Shown here one piece after another: positions 27,614 to 37,353 of a stretch of 64,000 bases of DNA. Position numbers and translations under genes: made by a program. The notes under the pieces are model-generated. The model was not told where the DNA came from, made no database searches, and saw nothing but the letters and a program-made list of their open reading frames with translations. Origin of the DNA: Acidimicrobiaceae bacterium (GTDB taxonomy: Bacteria; Actinomycetota; Acidimicrobiia; Acidimicrobiales; Palsa-688); assembly GCA_027391075.1 (NCBI GenBank), contig DAHYHI010000079.1:1-64000 (forward strand), written 5' to 3'. Positions within the stretch are counted from its first letter, which is position 1; every line of letters begins with the position of its first letter.

Positions 27614-28096
27614 CTACAGGTCGTATCCGCGTTCTATCCGTTCGATCATCGCCAGTCGCTCGGCGTGACGACCTCCTTTGAACGTGGTCGACAGCCAGGT
27701 GTCGACCACGTTCCAGGCTTGCGCAGGCTCAAGTAGCTTCGAGCCGATGACGAGTACGTTGGCGTTGTTGTTTCCCCGGGAGATCTCGGCGGTGAGGGTG
27801 TTGTGACACCCGCCGGCGCGAATCCCTTTTACCTTGTTGCAGACGATCACCTCGCCTTGCCCGGTACCTCCGACGAAAATCCCGTACTGTGCTTTGGCGG
27901 AGGTGACGTGCCGGCACAGTTTTACGCAAAGGGGCGGGTAGTCCACCACAACTTCAGGGTCGTCAGTGCCTAGGTCGTCGACTGTAACGCCAGCGTCGCG
28001 GAGGCGGCTGACGATCAGGGCTTTCAGTTCCACGCCGTTGTGGTCGGCGGCTACAGCTACCGGGCCGGCGACTGCGAAGGTATGGTTATTAGACAT
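27614..28096 (-). CDS. RpiB/LacA/LacB-family sugar-phosphate isomerase (ribose-5-phosphate isomerase B-like)
   Basis: 160 aa; ADHNGVELK, GTGQGEVIVCNKVKGIRA, GGRHAERL motifs. Confidence 0.8.
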   Translation of the reverse strand: MSNNHTFAVAGPVAVAADHNGVELKALIVSRLRDAGVTVDDLGTDDPEVVVDYPPLCVKLCRHVTSAKAQYGIFVGGTGQGEVIVCNKVKGIRAGGCHNTLTAEISRGNNNANVLVIGSKLLEPAQAWNVVDTWLSTTFKGGRHAERLAMIERIERGYDL

Positions 28097-29082
28097 TGAC
28101 CTCGACGATAGCGTTCGGCGAAAGGAAACACATGAGCGAACCTCTGGTCCTGCGCACGGTTACACGAACTCAGGGTGCCAACCGTGCCTTGAAGGACGGC
28201 GACGTTAGAGTCCACGGCGCCGAGCTGCGCTTCGAGGAGGTTCCCGTCCTCGTGCAGGCTTTCAGGCGCATGGTGCGCAGCCTGGAGTTCGACGTCTGTG
28301 AGATGGCCGTCACCACATACCTGTGTGCGAAAGCCGCCGGCGTGGCCTTTAGCGCTATACCCGTGATGTTGGTAAGGGGCCTGCACCACGGCGCCACCCA
28401 GGTGGCCGTCGGAGCCGGCGTCTCTTCTCCAGCCGACTTGGACGGCACTCGTATTGGCGTAAACCGCGGGTACACGGTCACGACTGGAGTGTGGGGGAGG
28501 GGCATCCTAAAAGAGCACTACGGAGTAGATCTGGACAGCGTCACCTGGGTTCGCTCCGGTGACGAGCACGTAGCCGGCTACCAGCCCCCGGCGAACGTCG
28601 TGGATCTCGGCGCTGGGGAGAGCCTACAAGAGCGCCTCGTCGAAGGTGACCTGGCCGCAGTCGTGGGCGCCGACATCGACGACCCCAGGGTGACCAGCTT
28701 GATCCCCAATCCCGAGCGAGCAGCGATAGACCAGATCAGGGCCGGCGGCGTGTATCCCGTCAACCATCTCGTAGTGATCAAAGACGACGTCCTTAGAGCA
28801 AACCCCGGCGTCGCACCAGCTATCTTCGAAGCTTTCGTCGAGGCGAAGAAGCCTTACATGCAATATTTGGCTTCGTGCGAAGCTGACACACTCACTGGTT
28901 TGGATAGGACTAACCGACTGGTTTGGGACGCTACCGGTTCAGATCCGATACCCTACGGCGTGGAGGCCAACCGGACGGTGCTGGAAAAGCTGGTCTCCTA
29001 CGCCGTGGACCAGAAGATACTGGCTAGCCGGGTCGATGTCGATGATATCTTCGAGCCTTCTACTTTGGGCTTGAGCGGCTAA
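28096..29082 (+). CDS. NMT1/THI5/SsuA-like periplasmic-binding-fold protein without signal peptide (probably a cytoplasmic enzyme)
   Basis: 328 aa; SBP type-2 fold-like sequence; no signal peptide or lipobox; likely start at the internal Met around 28132. Confidence 0.55.
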   Translation: MTSTIAFGERKHMSEPLVLRTVTRTQGANRALKDGDVRVHGAELRFEEVPVLVQAFRRMVRSLEFDVCEMAVTTYLCAKAAGVAFSAIPVMLVRGLHHGATQVAVGAGVSSPADLDGTRIGVNRGYTVTTGVWGRGILKEHYGVDLDSVTWVRSGDEHVAGYQPPANVVDLGAGESLQERLVEGDLAAVVGADIDDPRVTSLIPNPERAAIDQIRAGGVYPVNHLVVIKDDVLRANPGVAPAIFEAFVEAKKPYMQYLASCEADTLTGLDRTNRLVWDATGSDPIPYGVEANRTVLEKLVSYAVDQKILASRVDVDDIFEPSTLGLSG

Positions 29083-29124
29083 GGCCCTGCCGGGCGCCTC
29101 CCGCCTCTCCAGCCCTCCTGGCCT

Positions 29125-30393
29125 TCAGCTTGCCGGGGTTGTGTTAGCAGACGTTGTGGTAGCAGGGGTGGCGAGGGCTTCTAAGCGGTCCTTGGCGGCC
29201 GACACCGGGACGCGTTCGGCGACGAGGCGCCGGCACTCCGCTAGACCGCGAGGCCAGTTGACCGTTGCTGCTCCGCTTAGGACTCCACGACCGTCGGCGT
29301 ACAAGGCGGCGTAGCGCGGCGGCATCCTGTCGCGCTGTCCGACTACACAGTAAAGCTTGGAGTGCTCAGGCCATCCAACGAGCTGAAGCTTGAGGTCGTG
29401 CTGGTCGCTCCAAACGTAGTCGACAGGGTCGTAGCCGACCGGGTCTGCCGGTCGCAGGATGTTCGCGGCGACCGTTGCTGCTTGCTCGACGGCGTTGGTC
29501 CAGTGCTCTACCCTCCGGGGTTCCCCAAAGGGCGGTCGAGGCCATCTGGCAACGTCACCAGCGGCGTAGACGCCGTCAAGGCCGGTAACTCTCCCGAAGC
29601 GGTCGCACTCTATGCCCTGCCCGGTCTCGATGCCGGATCCGGCTAGCCACCCGTCGTTGGTGGTCGCGCCTATGCCTACCACTACCAAGTCGAAACGCAG
29701 GTGCGAGCCATCCGACAGCACAACATCCACGCCGCTGTCATCCTCTGTGAGTGCCTCCACCCCCACGCCGAAGCGGGTTGTAACACCGTGGCGGTGGTGG
29801 GCCTTCAAGAAATCGTGAGCGACATCGTCGCCTACCAGACGTGACATGGGTGATGCCAGAGGATCGATGACCGTCACCTCCGCTCCGCCTTTCGCTGCCG
29901 TGCCGGCCACTTCTGAGCCGATCAGACCACCGCCGACGACGCCAACCTTGGTGCTTTCAGCCAAGCCAGACCTTAGCCGGTCGCTGTCGGCCATGGTTCG
30001 CAACAGGTGGACGCGCTTGTCGCCTCCCCACGGTGACGGCCTAGCGGACGCGCCGGTCGCTACCACGCAAACGTCGTAGGGAAACTCGGCTCCGCTGGCA
30101 TCGACGACGATCTTCTCGCTGGCGTGCAACTCCGTGGCCCGCGATCCGAGGCGCAGTTCGATGCGCAGATCGTCAACCTCGGTGGCGTCGAGGAGCGACA
30201 CCCTGGAAGCGTCGAAGGCTCCCGCAAGATACTGCTTGGAGAGGGGAGGCTTGTCATAGGGGAGCACTTCCTCTGCGCTGGTCATGACGATCAGCCCGTC
30301 GAAGCCGAGCCGGCGCAGGTCGCGGGCGACCCTGACACCGGCTACTGAGGCCCCGACTATCAGTGCCTTGGCGTCACGGATCTCAGCCGTCAC
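29125..30393 (-). CDS. FAD-dependent ferredoxin--NAD(P)+ reductase (pyridine nucleotide-disulfide oxidoreductase family)
   Basis: 422 aa; two Rossmann GxGxxG motifs (LIVGASVAGV; VGVVGGGLIGSEVAG); C-terminal reductase dimerisation-like region. Confidence 0.8.
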   Translation of the reverse strand: MTAEIRDAKALIVGASVAGVRVARDLRRLGFDGLIVMTSAEEVLPYDKPPLSKQYLAGAFDASRVSLLDATEVDDLRIELRLGSRATELHASEKIVVDASGAEFPYDVCVVATGASARPSPWGGDKRVHLLRTMADSDRLRSGLAESTKVGVVGGGLIGSEVAGTAAKGGAEVTVIDPLASPMSRLVGDDVAHDFLKAHHRHGVTTRFGVGVEALTEDDSGVDVVLSDGSHLRFDLVVVGIGATTNDGWLAGSGIETGQGIECDRFGRVTGLDGVYAAGDVARWPRPPFGEPRRVEHWTNAVEQAATVAANILRPADPVGYDPVDYVWSDQHDLKLQLVGWPEHSKLYCVVGQRDRMPPRYAALYADGRGVLSGAATVNWPRGLAECRRLVAERVPVSAAKDRLEALATPATTTSANTTPAS

Positions 30394-30958
30394 TTGTCTG
30401 ACTGGCTGTCAGGGAGTCCTTGTAGGCGTCGAGTAGCCGCCGTGCATCTTCCATGCTCAACTGTACCGAGTGCTGTTCGATCTGGTGCAGGCGCATGGTA
30501 CGGACCAGCCCGGTGTCTTGGATCGCCAGGTAGCGCGACGTGTCGGCCGGATCGAGGTTGAAGTGCTGGTGCCAAGCCCAGCGCGGCGGGGCGAAAAGGG
30601 TTCCCTCGGACCACTCCACGACCTGCTCGGGCTCACCTTCGTAGTTGATGACCGAGAAGCCGAATCCTTTGACTACGTACAGGTAAGCTTCGGTGGTATG
30701 GCGGTGGCGCTTAGAGGCCCCGCCTGGCTTTAGCTCGGCGATGTGCGCCGAGAGGACCTCGTAGTCGGCGAGGTCGAACCACTGGCCCCGGTTGTTGCGC
30801 CAAGGGCGCTCCGGAAGCTCCATCTTGCGCAGGTCGTCCCCGGAGGAGAGGCCGGTTATGGGTGGATGGTCCTTGTTGAACTGGTCTCTAGCCGTCAGCT
30901 CGGAATGGGCTTTTGCGGAGGGAGCTAGCACGCCCTTTGCGTATTCTCTGGCCATGGT
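30383..30958 (-). CDS. cupin-domain protein (dioxygenase-like monocupin)
   Basis: about 191 aa from the internal Met; cupin metal motif G..SKRHRHTTEAYLYVVKGFG...H.H. Confidence 0.6.
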   Translation of the reverse strand, partial: TMAREYAKGVLAPSAKAHSELTARDQFNKDHPPITGLSSGDDLRKMELPERPWRNNRGQWFDLADYEVLSAHIAELKPGGASKRHRHTTEAYLYVVKGFGFSVINYEGEPEQVVEWSEGTLFAPPRWAWHQHFNLDPADTSRYLAIQDTGLVRTMRLHQIEQHSVQLSMEDARRLLDAYKDSLTASQTSDG

Positions 30959-30989
30959 GTCTCCAATCAGAAGTGAAAACCATATGGTA

Positions 30990-32228
30990 TTACCTTTTGG
31001 GGTTGGTGGGCAAGCGACCGTCGGAAGTTTTCTGGGTGTCACTTTTCTGGCTGTTACTTTTCTGGGCGTCGAGCTTCCACTGCCAATCCTTCGACCGGGC
31101 GGCTGAGAGCACAGGAAGGCCCAGCACAGCCCCTGCGATCAACAAGGCGGCTGGCAAGGACGTCACGTCGAGGAGTGCAGCGGTACCGAGCGGCGATACG
31201 AACAGGGCGCCCGCGCGGAAGCTGCCAGCCACAGCCACGGCATCTCCGCGTCGGTCCATCTCGACAGATGTGGCGGCTGTTGCCGGGCCGAGAGTCTGGA
31301 GCATACCGGCGCCGACGCCGCTCAACGCGATGAACGCAGCTACGAGAACGGTCTGGTGGGCCGCGATCCCCGTGAGCGCCACGCCAGCTCCCGCTGCTAG
31401 GACGCCGGCGGCGAAAGTCGCGCGGGTGCGTCGCGAGCCGATCGCACCCATGCTGGCGGTGCCTACAAGACTTGCTCCGTTGGCGACCCCGACCATGATC
31501 CCGACCAGAGTCGAGGACTCCGATGCGGCTCTCAGCGCTACAGGTATGTACGAGCCGACAAGACCGCGCCACGCCCCTGCGGTCGTGCCCGCCCAGCAGC
31601 CGACCCTGACCCCGGGGCAAGACCAGACCTTCTGGCGAGGCCCGGAGCTGGGCGCGGCGAACACGTCGAGGCGCGACATCATTGTGGCTGCCATCACAGC
31701 GGAGATCAGCCCGAGGGCTGCTGCGACCCACAGCGCTGTGGCGAACGACCGAGATGAGAGCACCCCGGCTATTGGTGGTCCCGCTAGCAATCCGAAGCTG
31801 GACACGAAGTTGACCGTCGCGAGACGTCCGACAGCTTTGCGGCGGCTGCGGACCACGTGAGCTTGCGTTCCGGTCCAGAACATTCCCCGGGCCAGACCCT
31901 GTATCAGCTCGGCGATCACGAAGAGGACAACCTGGTGAGACCACACGAGGACCAAAGCCGACACCGCGATCGTGAGGCATGCCCCTGCCACGACGTTACG
32001 GTCGGTGAAATGCCGCATCGCTCTCGCCGAGCCGAGGCGTGACACCAGTTGCGTAACCGCCGACAAAGCGGTCAGCACGCCTATGAGAGGCCGCGAGTAG
32101 TGGGCGGCGAGCGCCAGCAGCGGGAGGGTGATCGTGAGCATGGCCAGAGCGGCCGAGTACACGAGTGACATGGCGGCTGTCGCCACCAAGTCCCTGTCGG
32201 AGCGCAGGACACTCGCCAAGGTGCGCAA
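30990..32228 (-). CDS. MFS transporter
   Basis: 412 aa; about 12 TM helices. Confidence 0.75.
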   Translation of the reverse strand: MRTLASVLRSDRDLVATAAMSLVYSAALAMLTITLPLLALAAHYSRPLIGVLTALSAVTQLVSRLGSARAMRHFTDRNVVAGACLTIAVSALVLVWSHQVVLFVIAELIQGLARGMFWTGTQAHVVRSRRKAVGRLATVNFVSSFGLLAGPPIAGVLSSRSFATALWVAAALGLISAVMAATMMSRLDVFAAPSSGPRQKVWSCPGVRVGCWAGTTAGAWRGLVGSYIPVALRAASESSTLVGIMVGVANGASLVGTASMGAIGSRRTRATFAAGVLAAGAGVALTGIAAHQTVLVAAFIALSGVGAGMLQTLGPATAATSVEMDRRGDAVAVAGSFRAGALFVSPLGTAALLDVTSLPAALLIAGAVLGLPVLSAARSKDWQWKLDAQKSNSQKSDTQKTSDGRLPTNPKR

Positions 32229-32230
32229 CG

Positions 32231-33004
32231 CTAAAGACGCAGGGCGGTCGCCAGCTTCGCGGCGATCTCCATCTGGCGGGTGCTACCACCGATGGCGGTG
32301 CCCACCCCTAGGTACTTCTCGATTACTGTCGGGTCGGTCGCTAGCTTGCGGCCAGTGCCTGACATCGTAAGGTGGCCCTGTTCTAGCAGGCAGCCTTCGT
32401 CGGCGTTTGCGAGAGCCATGCGACCGTTCTGCTCGACTAGGAGGATTCCTACGCCACGTTGGCGCAGGGAGCGCAGCGCGGCGAATATCTTGTCCACCAC
32501 TTGGGGGGCAAGGCCGAGTGACGGTTCGTCTAGAAGCAGGTAGCGCGGCCCGGCCATGAGACCGCGGGCGATGGCGAGCATCTGCTGCTGGCCTCCCGAC
32601 AGCGATCCGGCGTAGGAGCGCATCCGCGAGCCGAGCTCGGGGAACAGCTCCAGCATGTCCGCCAGTCTCGCTGCTACGTCGCCGCTACGGCGGATCGTGT
32701 GGGCGCCGAGGCGCAGATTCTCCTGCACCGTTAGGTTCGCGAACACCTGCCGTCCTTCGGGGACGTGGGAGATACCCGCCTGCACAACTTCGCGTTCCGA
32801 GCGGAACCTGACACGGTGGCCGTCTACGCTGACCGTGCCTGCGGTGGGCACGATGAGCCCTGACACGGCTCGCAGAAGCGTCGACTTGCCGGCTCCGTTA
32901 GCTCCGATGACCGCCACGATGCTCGCTGGTCGCACGCTGATCGATACGGAGTGCAATACCGGGGTGCGGTCGTAGCCCGCTTCGAGGGATTCTATCGTCA
33001 GCAT
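32231..33004 (-). CDS. branched-chain amino acid ABC transporter ATP-binding protein (LivF type)
   Basis: 257 aa; Walker A GANGAGKST, signature LSGGQQQ, Walker B LLLDEP. Confidence 0.85.
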   Translation of the reverse strand: MLTIESLEAGYDRTPVLHSVSISVRPASIVAVIGANGAGKSTLLRAVSGLIVPTAGTVSVDGHRVRFRSEREVVQAGISHVPEGRQVFANLTVQENLRLGAHTIRRSGDVAARLADMLELFPELGSRMRSYAGSLSGGQQQMLAIARGLMAGPRYLLLDEPSLGLAPQVVDKIFAALRSLRQRGVGILLVEQNGRMALANADEGCLLEQGHLTMSGTGRKLATDPTVIEKYLGVGTAIGGSTRQMEIAAKLATALRL

Positions 33005-33006
33005 GG

Positions 33007-35799
33007 CTATGCCGGTTGGGGTTGGCCGAAGTAGGCGTCGATCACGGCTGGGTTCGCTTGAACTGAGATGGGTGAGCCGCTGGCTATGACAGCACCCCGG
33101 TCCATTACGGTCACCTGGTCGGCGATGCCCATGACAAGCGCCATGTTGTGGTCGACTACGAGGATGGTGTGCCCCGAGTCCCTGACCGCCAAGAGGAGGG
33201 CTCCGAGAGCCATGGTTTCAGTGTCGTTCATGCCCGCACCCGGCTCGTCGAAAAGCAGCACGCGAGCTTTGGACATCAAGGCCCTTGCGATGTCGAGGTG
33301 CTTTTGGGCAGCGAGAGGAAGCACGTTGGCGGGTTGGGTGGCCCAGCGGTCCAGCTCCAAAGCCTCCATGATCGCCCGGGCGCGGGTGAGAATCTCTCCT
33401 TCCTCGCGCCGGGCTCTTTTCGCCCACAGCATCTGCTCGGCGTAGCCGGCCTTCTCGTAGCGGCAAGCTCCGACCAGTACGTTCTCCAGGACCGTCAAAC
33501 CGCCGAAGACCCGGGAAGTCTGGAACGTGCGGAAAAGGCCCTTTCTGGCTATTGCGTTAGGCGCCAGACCGGTGATCGGTTCGCCTTCGAGCAGCACCTG
33601 GCCGCGGTCTGGATGGTAGAGGTTGGACACGAGGTTGAACAGGGTCGACTTGCCTGCTCCGTTCGGACCGATCACTGCGGTTATAGACCCTTCTGGCACT
33701 ACGAGGCTGACGTCCGACACCGCAGTGAGGCCTCCGAAAGTCTTGGTGAGCTCCCGCATTTCGAGCACGGGGTGTGCGGCGGCGCTACCAGGACTTCCGA
33801 CGGACGTGGCGACGCTGGGCGCCTTTAGTGGTGAGGGGTCCTGCTCTGACGCGCCTGGTGTCTCTGACGCGCCAGACAGTTCGGGGGAGGCGTCGCGCTG
33901 CGGTGGAGTGATTTCGCCAGAGGATCGGAGCCCTGTCAGCCGCCTGATAGCGCTACGGACGCCTAGGACAGCGCCGCCGAAGAGCCCAGAGGGCAGAAAG
34001 CGAAGGAAGAGCACCAGCAGCAGGCCGTCGGTCAGAGCCGAGTAGGTCTGCAGGCTCTGGGAGAACTGCGGGACGAACGTGAGGAGGGCGACGCCGATCA
34101 GCGGACCTGCCTGCGTCCCCGCTCCTCCGACCACGAGCATGGTTATCAACTCCAAGGAGGTGGCGGAGCCGACCATGTCGGGCGAGTAGTAATGGAAGTA
34201 GGTGGCGTAGAGCGTGCCAGCGACAGAGGCTATTACGGCGCTCAAGATGAACACGGCGATCTTCGTGGAGAACAGGTTGAGACCGAGGCTGCGTGCGCCG
34301 ATCTCGTCGGCGTGCATCGACCTCAAGAGTCGACCTCGGTTCGAGCGGATCAAGTTCCCGGTGGACAGGAGCGCCACTCCGACGAGGCCCCATATCAGAT
34401 AGTAGAAACGGTCGTTGCTGGCAAAGCTGAAACCGCCCACGCTGAAGCTCGGGATGCCCGCGAGGCCTGACGGGCCGCCGGTGACGGTCAGCCCACTTGC
34501 TATGGACTGTGTGAGGATCCCGAAGCTCAACGTTACTATCGCCAAATACATGCCCGTCACTCGAGTGCCGGCCAGGGCGAGCACGGCTGCGGTCAGAGCC
34601 GACGCAATCACTCCGGCGAGGAGTGCCAGCAGCGGAGGCCACCCGTGAGAGACGATCAGGATCGACGACGTGTAACCGCCGACCGCCATGAAACCGGCCT
34701 GCCCGAGACTGACCTGGCCGGCTACACCCGTAAGGAGCTCCAAGCCGACGATGGCTAGGCAAAAGATGCCGGTGATGTTGACGGCGTGCATGTTCCCGGA
34801 GTTTCCGAGAGCCACGGGTAGAACAGCCATTGCGGCGACTATGGCCAAGGTGGCGCCCAATGACGCTTTCTTGGCTAGGCGAGGTATCTCGGTGATCCGG
34901 CCGGCTTTGGTCTCGGCGACGTCGAGCCGGCCGCCTCTCGAACGCCCGAGAAGGCCCTGGGGCCTGAAGATGAGCATGGCGATTAGCAGCAGGAGGCTGA
35001 TCGCTGTACCAAACAGCGACGAGATGTAGCCGGCCACGAGCGCTTCGACGACGCCGAAGGCTATCCCACCTACCGCTGCGCCGACGATAGTGCCAAGGCC
35101 TCCTAGGGTTACGGCTATCAGTCCCAGGTTGGTGTATGTCGCCATGGACGAGAAGTCGAGCGAGGTGAGGGGCATGATCACCGCTCCGGCGATGACGCCG
35201 AGGACGGAACTGGCGGCGAACGCGAAGAGGATCGTCCGGTCGACGCTGATACCCATCAGCCGTGCGGCGTTGCGCTGCTCTGCGACTGCTCGGAACGCGG
35301 AGCCTATCGACGTTCGTGTCAGGAACAGCCATACAGCAGTGACGACCGCTGCGGTCGTGGCCACCACCCAGATGTCCTGGGTGGCGATATAGACGCCTTT
35401 GACGTCGATGGGTTTGGTGCCACTGAAAGGTGAGAGGGTGTAGGGGTTGTTGCCCCAGATCAAAAGTGCAGCTCCCTGGAATGCCGTGAGCATTCCCCCC
35501 ATGAGCATCAGCAGGTTCGTGTGGGAGATCTGGTGGACCGCAGGCCTTATGATCACCCACTCCACGATTCCCATGACTACGGTCATCACGGAGACGGAAG
35601 CGAGGAACGCAACTCCGAGCGGCAGGTGCACGTCCACTTTGAAGTCGTACATGACCAGGGCACCCATCGCAACGAACGCTCCCTGGGCGAGGTTAAGAAC
35701 GCCGGTCACGTTGAAGACCAGGGAGAAGCCGACCGCCAGGAGGGCGTAAACAGACCCGGTGACCAGGCCTCCCACTACTATGTTCAAGAACTCGGTCAC
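33007..35799 (-). CDS. fused branched-chain-amino-acid-type ABC transporter: LivH-like permease, LivM-like permease and LivG-like ATPase in one 930-aa polypeptide
   Basis: N-terminal LivH-like TM domain (MTEFLNIVVGGLVTGSVYALLAVGFSLVF); second TM domain; C-terminal ABC ATPase (GPNGAGKST ... LLFDEP). Confidence 0.8.
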   Translation of the reverse strand: MTEFLNIVVGGLVTGSVYALLAVGFSLVFNVTGVLNLAQGAFVAMGALVMYDFKVDVHLPLGVAFLASVSVMTVVMGIVEWVIIRPAVHQISHTNLLMLMGGMLTAFQGAALLIWGNNPYTLSPFSGTKPIDVKGVYIATQDIWVVATTAAVVTAVWLFLTRTSIGSAFRAVAEQRNAARLMGISVDRTILFAFAASSVLGVIAGAVIMPLTSLDFSSMATYTNLGLIAVTLGGLGTIVGAAVGGIAFGVVEALVAGYISSLFGTAISLLLLIAMLIFRPQGLLGRSRGGRLDVAETKAGRITEIPRLAKKASLGATLAIVAAMAVLPVALGNSGNMHAVNITGIFCLAIVGLELLTGVAGQVSLGQAGFMAVGGYTSSILIVSHGWPPLLALLAGVIASALTAAVLALAGTRVTGMYLAIVTLSFGILTQSIASGLTVTGGPSGLAGIPSFSVGGFSFASNDRFYYLIWGLVGVALLSTGNLIRSNRGRLLRSMHADEIGARSLGLNLFSTKIAVFILSAVIASVAGTLYATYFHYYSPDMVGSATSLELITMLVVGGAGTQAGPLIGVALLTFVPQFSQSLQTYSALTDGLLLVLFLRFLPSGLFGGAVLGVRSAIRRLTGLRSSGEITPPQRDASPELSGASETPGASEQDPSPLKAPSVATSVGSPGSAAAHPVLEMRELTKTFGGLTAVSDVSLVVPEGSITAVIGPNGAGKSTLFNLVSNLYHPDRGQVLLEGEPITGLAPNAIARKGLFRTFQTSRVFGGLTVLENVLVGACRYEKAGYAEQMLWAKRARREEGEILTRARAIMEALELDRWATQPANVLPLAAQKHLDIARALMSKARVLLFDEPGAGMNDTETMALGALLLAVRDSGHTILVVDHNMALVMGIADQVTVMDRGAVIASGSPISVQANPAVIDAYFGQPQPA

Positions 35800-35895
35800 A
35801 GCTATCCTCCTGGCGTAGCGCCGGTCAGCTCGGCGCCTGCGCCGACAGCAAGGTGGCCGTCGCGCCAGGCGCCGAGCAGTGTCCTACGTAGGCTC

Positions 35896-37179
35896 TTAGC
35901 CGAGGGGGCTTCCGCCGGCGCCTGAGACGTCGGTGAACGAGCTTCCGTTCCAGGTGGTCATGTAGATGCTGTCCACGTGAACCCCGCGGTGGTCGCTGAC
36001 GCTGGTGTTGTACGTGCCGTAGACGCCGGCCACTCCTTGGAGGTTCTCCATATAAGAGAGGATCTGTTTGGCGGTGGCGTTGACCCCGAGTTTGCGGAGG
36101 GCCCCTACGAGCAGTTGGCCTGGGTCCCACGCCAGACCCCACGGGTCCCCGCCATGTCCTCCGGCTGCGCTAACAGCGGTGTCGAAGGCGCTCACCGCGG
36201 CGCCGATCGACGCAGGCAGGGATGAAGGTGCCAGGTAGAGGGGGCCGGTGGGGAAGTACAGGTTCTGCGGAAGGATCGACGAGAACGACGTGAGCTCGGA
36301 ATGGGCTGCGTTACCGGCGGTAGTAACGGTCGGGATCGAGTCCATGCCCAAAGACTGCATTGCCTTTAGGACGGTGCCGAGCGGAGTTCCCGTGGTCCAG
36401 ATGACTATGGCTTGGGGGTTGGCGGCTTTTATGGCAGACATCTGGGTCGTGACGCTAACCGACGTCGGGTCGAAGGTTTGGTGGCTGACCAGCTTGAACG
36501 ACGAGAAAGCGCTCGTGGCGAGCTGGGTGGACAGCTGCGTGTAACCGTCGGTGCCGCTAGCGTCGGTGGAGTTGATCACCGCTATGTTCGTCAGGCCTTT
36601 GGACTTGAGGAAGGTGAGGTAAGCCTCGGCATCGGCGGTAGTGGACAGCCCCGCGGAGAAGATCATGCTTCCCGCCTTGGGGTGTGTGCCAGGGGAGAGG
36701 TCGTAGATGAAAGGGCCGTTGGACGTAGCGAGGGCGTCGACCGCTTTGTCGGTGCCGACGATGCTTCCGTTCAAGATGAACGGCACGCCCTGGCTTACCC
36801 ATGGGCTGGCCAGCTGAACTGCCGTAGCGGGGTTCGACTGGTTGTCCACGACGTCAACCTGCATCGGGTGGCCGTCGATACCGCCCGAAGCGTTCACCGA
36901 AGCGGCGAGGGCCTTGAGGGCCTTAGCTTCGCGACTGCCGAGAGCCGATGCAGCGCCGGTCTCGCCGACCACAGCGTGGAAGACGACCGGGGTGCCCGAA
37001 GGCGCCGAAGACCCACCCGAACCCGACGTGGTCGACGACCCCGCCCCCGACGTTGTCGTCGCCGAGCTGGTGGACTTGGTGGACGACCCGCAGCTGGCCG
37101 CGACGAGCGCTACCGACGCTCCAAGCGCAACCATCGCCCCCCGACGTGTGGCAGAGCGCTTTGTCCGGATTTTGTTCAA
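35896..37179 (-). CDS. ABC transporter substrate-binding lipoprotein, LivK/type I periplasmic binding protein family
   Basis: 427 aa; signal peptide plus lipobox (LVAASCG), Ser/Thr/Gly-rich linker, then type I PBP sequence. Confidence 0.8.
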   Translation of the reverse strand: MNKIRTKRSATRRGAMVALGASVALVAASCGSSTKSTSSATTTSGAGSSTTSGSGGSSAPSGTPVVFHAVVGETGAASALGSREAKALKALAASVNASGGIDGHPMQVDVVDNQSNPATAVQLASPWVSQGVPFILNGSIVGTDKAVDALATSNGPFIYDLSPGTHPKAGSMIFSAGLSTTADAEAYLTFLKSKGLTNIAVINSTDASGTDGYTQLSTQLATSAFSSFKLVSHQTFDPTSVSVTTQMSAIKAANPQAIVIWTTGTPLGTVLKAMQSLGMDSIPTVTTAGNAAHSELTSFSSILPQNLYFPTGPLYLAPSSLPASIGAAVSAFDTAVSAAGGHGGDPWGLAWDPGQLLVGALRKLGVNATAKQILSYMENLQGVAGVYGTYNTSVSDHRGVHVDSIYMTTWNGSSFTDVSGAGGSPLG

Positions 37180-37353
37180 CGTCTATTCCTCCCTCATGGT
37201 TCGTGGGCTTCGAGCGAGTCAACTCGCCCCTCGACTGAATGGACCAATGGTAGAATATTTCGCGGCGTTGCGCACGTCCGGACGCGCCCGCCATCCCGGC
37301 GGCGTGGTCGCGAGGTCATCGGCCCGCAGCGGGCGGCGACGAGGCGATTGCGG

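Noticed and set aside
28096-28131. First 12 codons of the NMT1-like ORF, which would put two divergent start codons at the same nucleotide as rpiB
   Set aside because: Zero-spacer divergent starts are implausible; the internal Met (MSEPLVL, around 28132) is the more likely start, though even then the spacer is only about 36 nt (noted in the findings).
30913-31860. 315-aa plus-strand ORF
   Set aside because: Antisense to the MFS transporter; no motifs, Ala/Arg/Pro-rich.
33953-35560. 535-aa Arg/His-rich ORF
   Set aside because: Off-frame overlap inside the fused LivHMG gene; composition (RRRR, HRR) typical of an out-of-frame read of GC-rich coding DNA.
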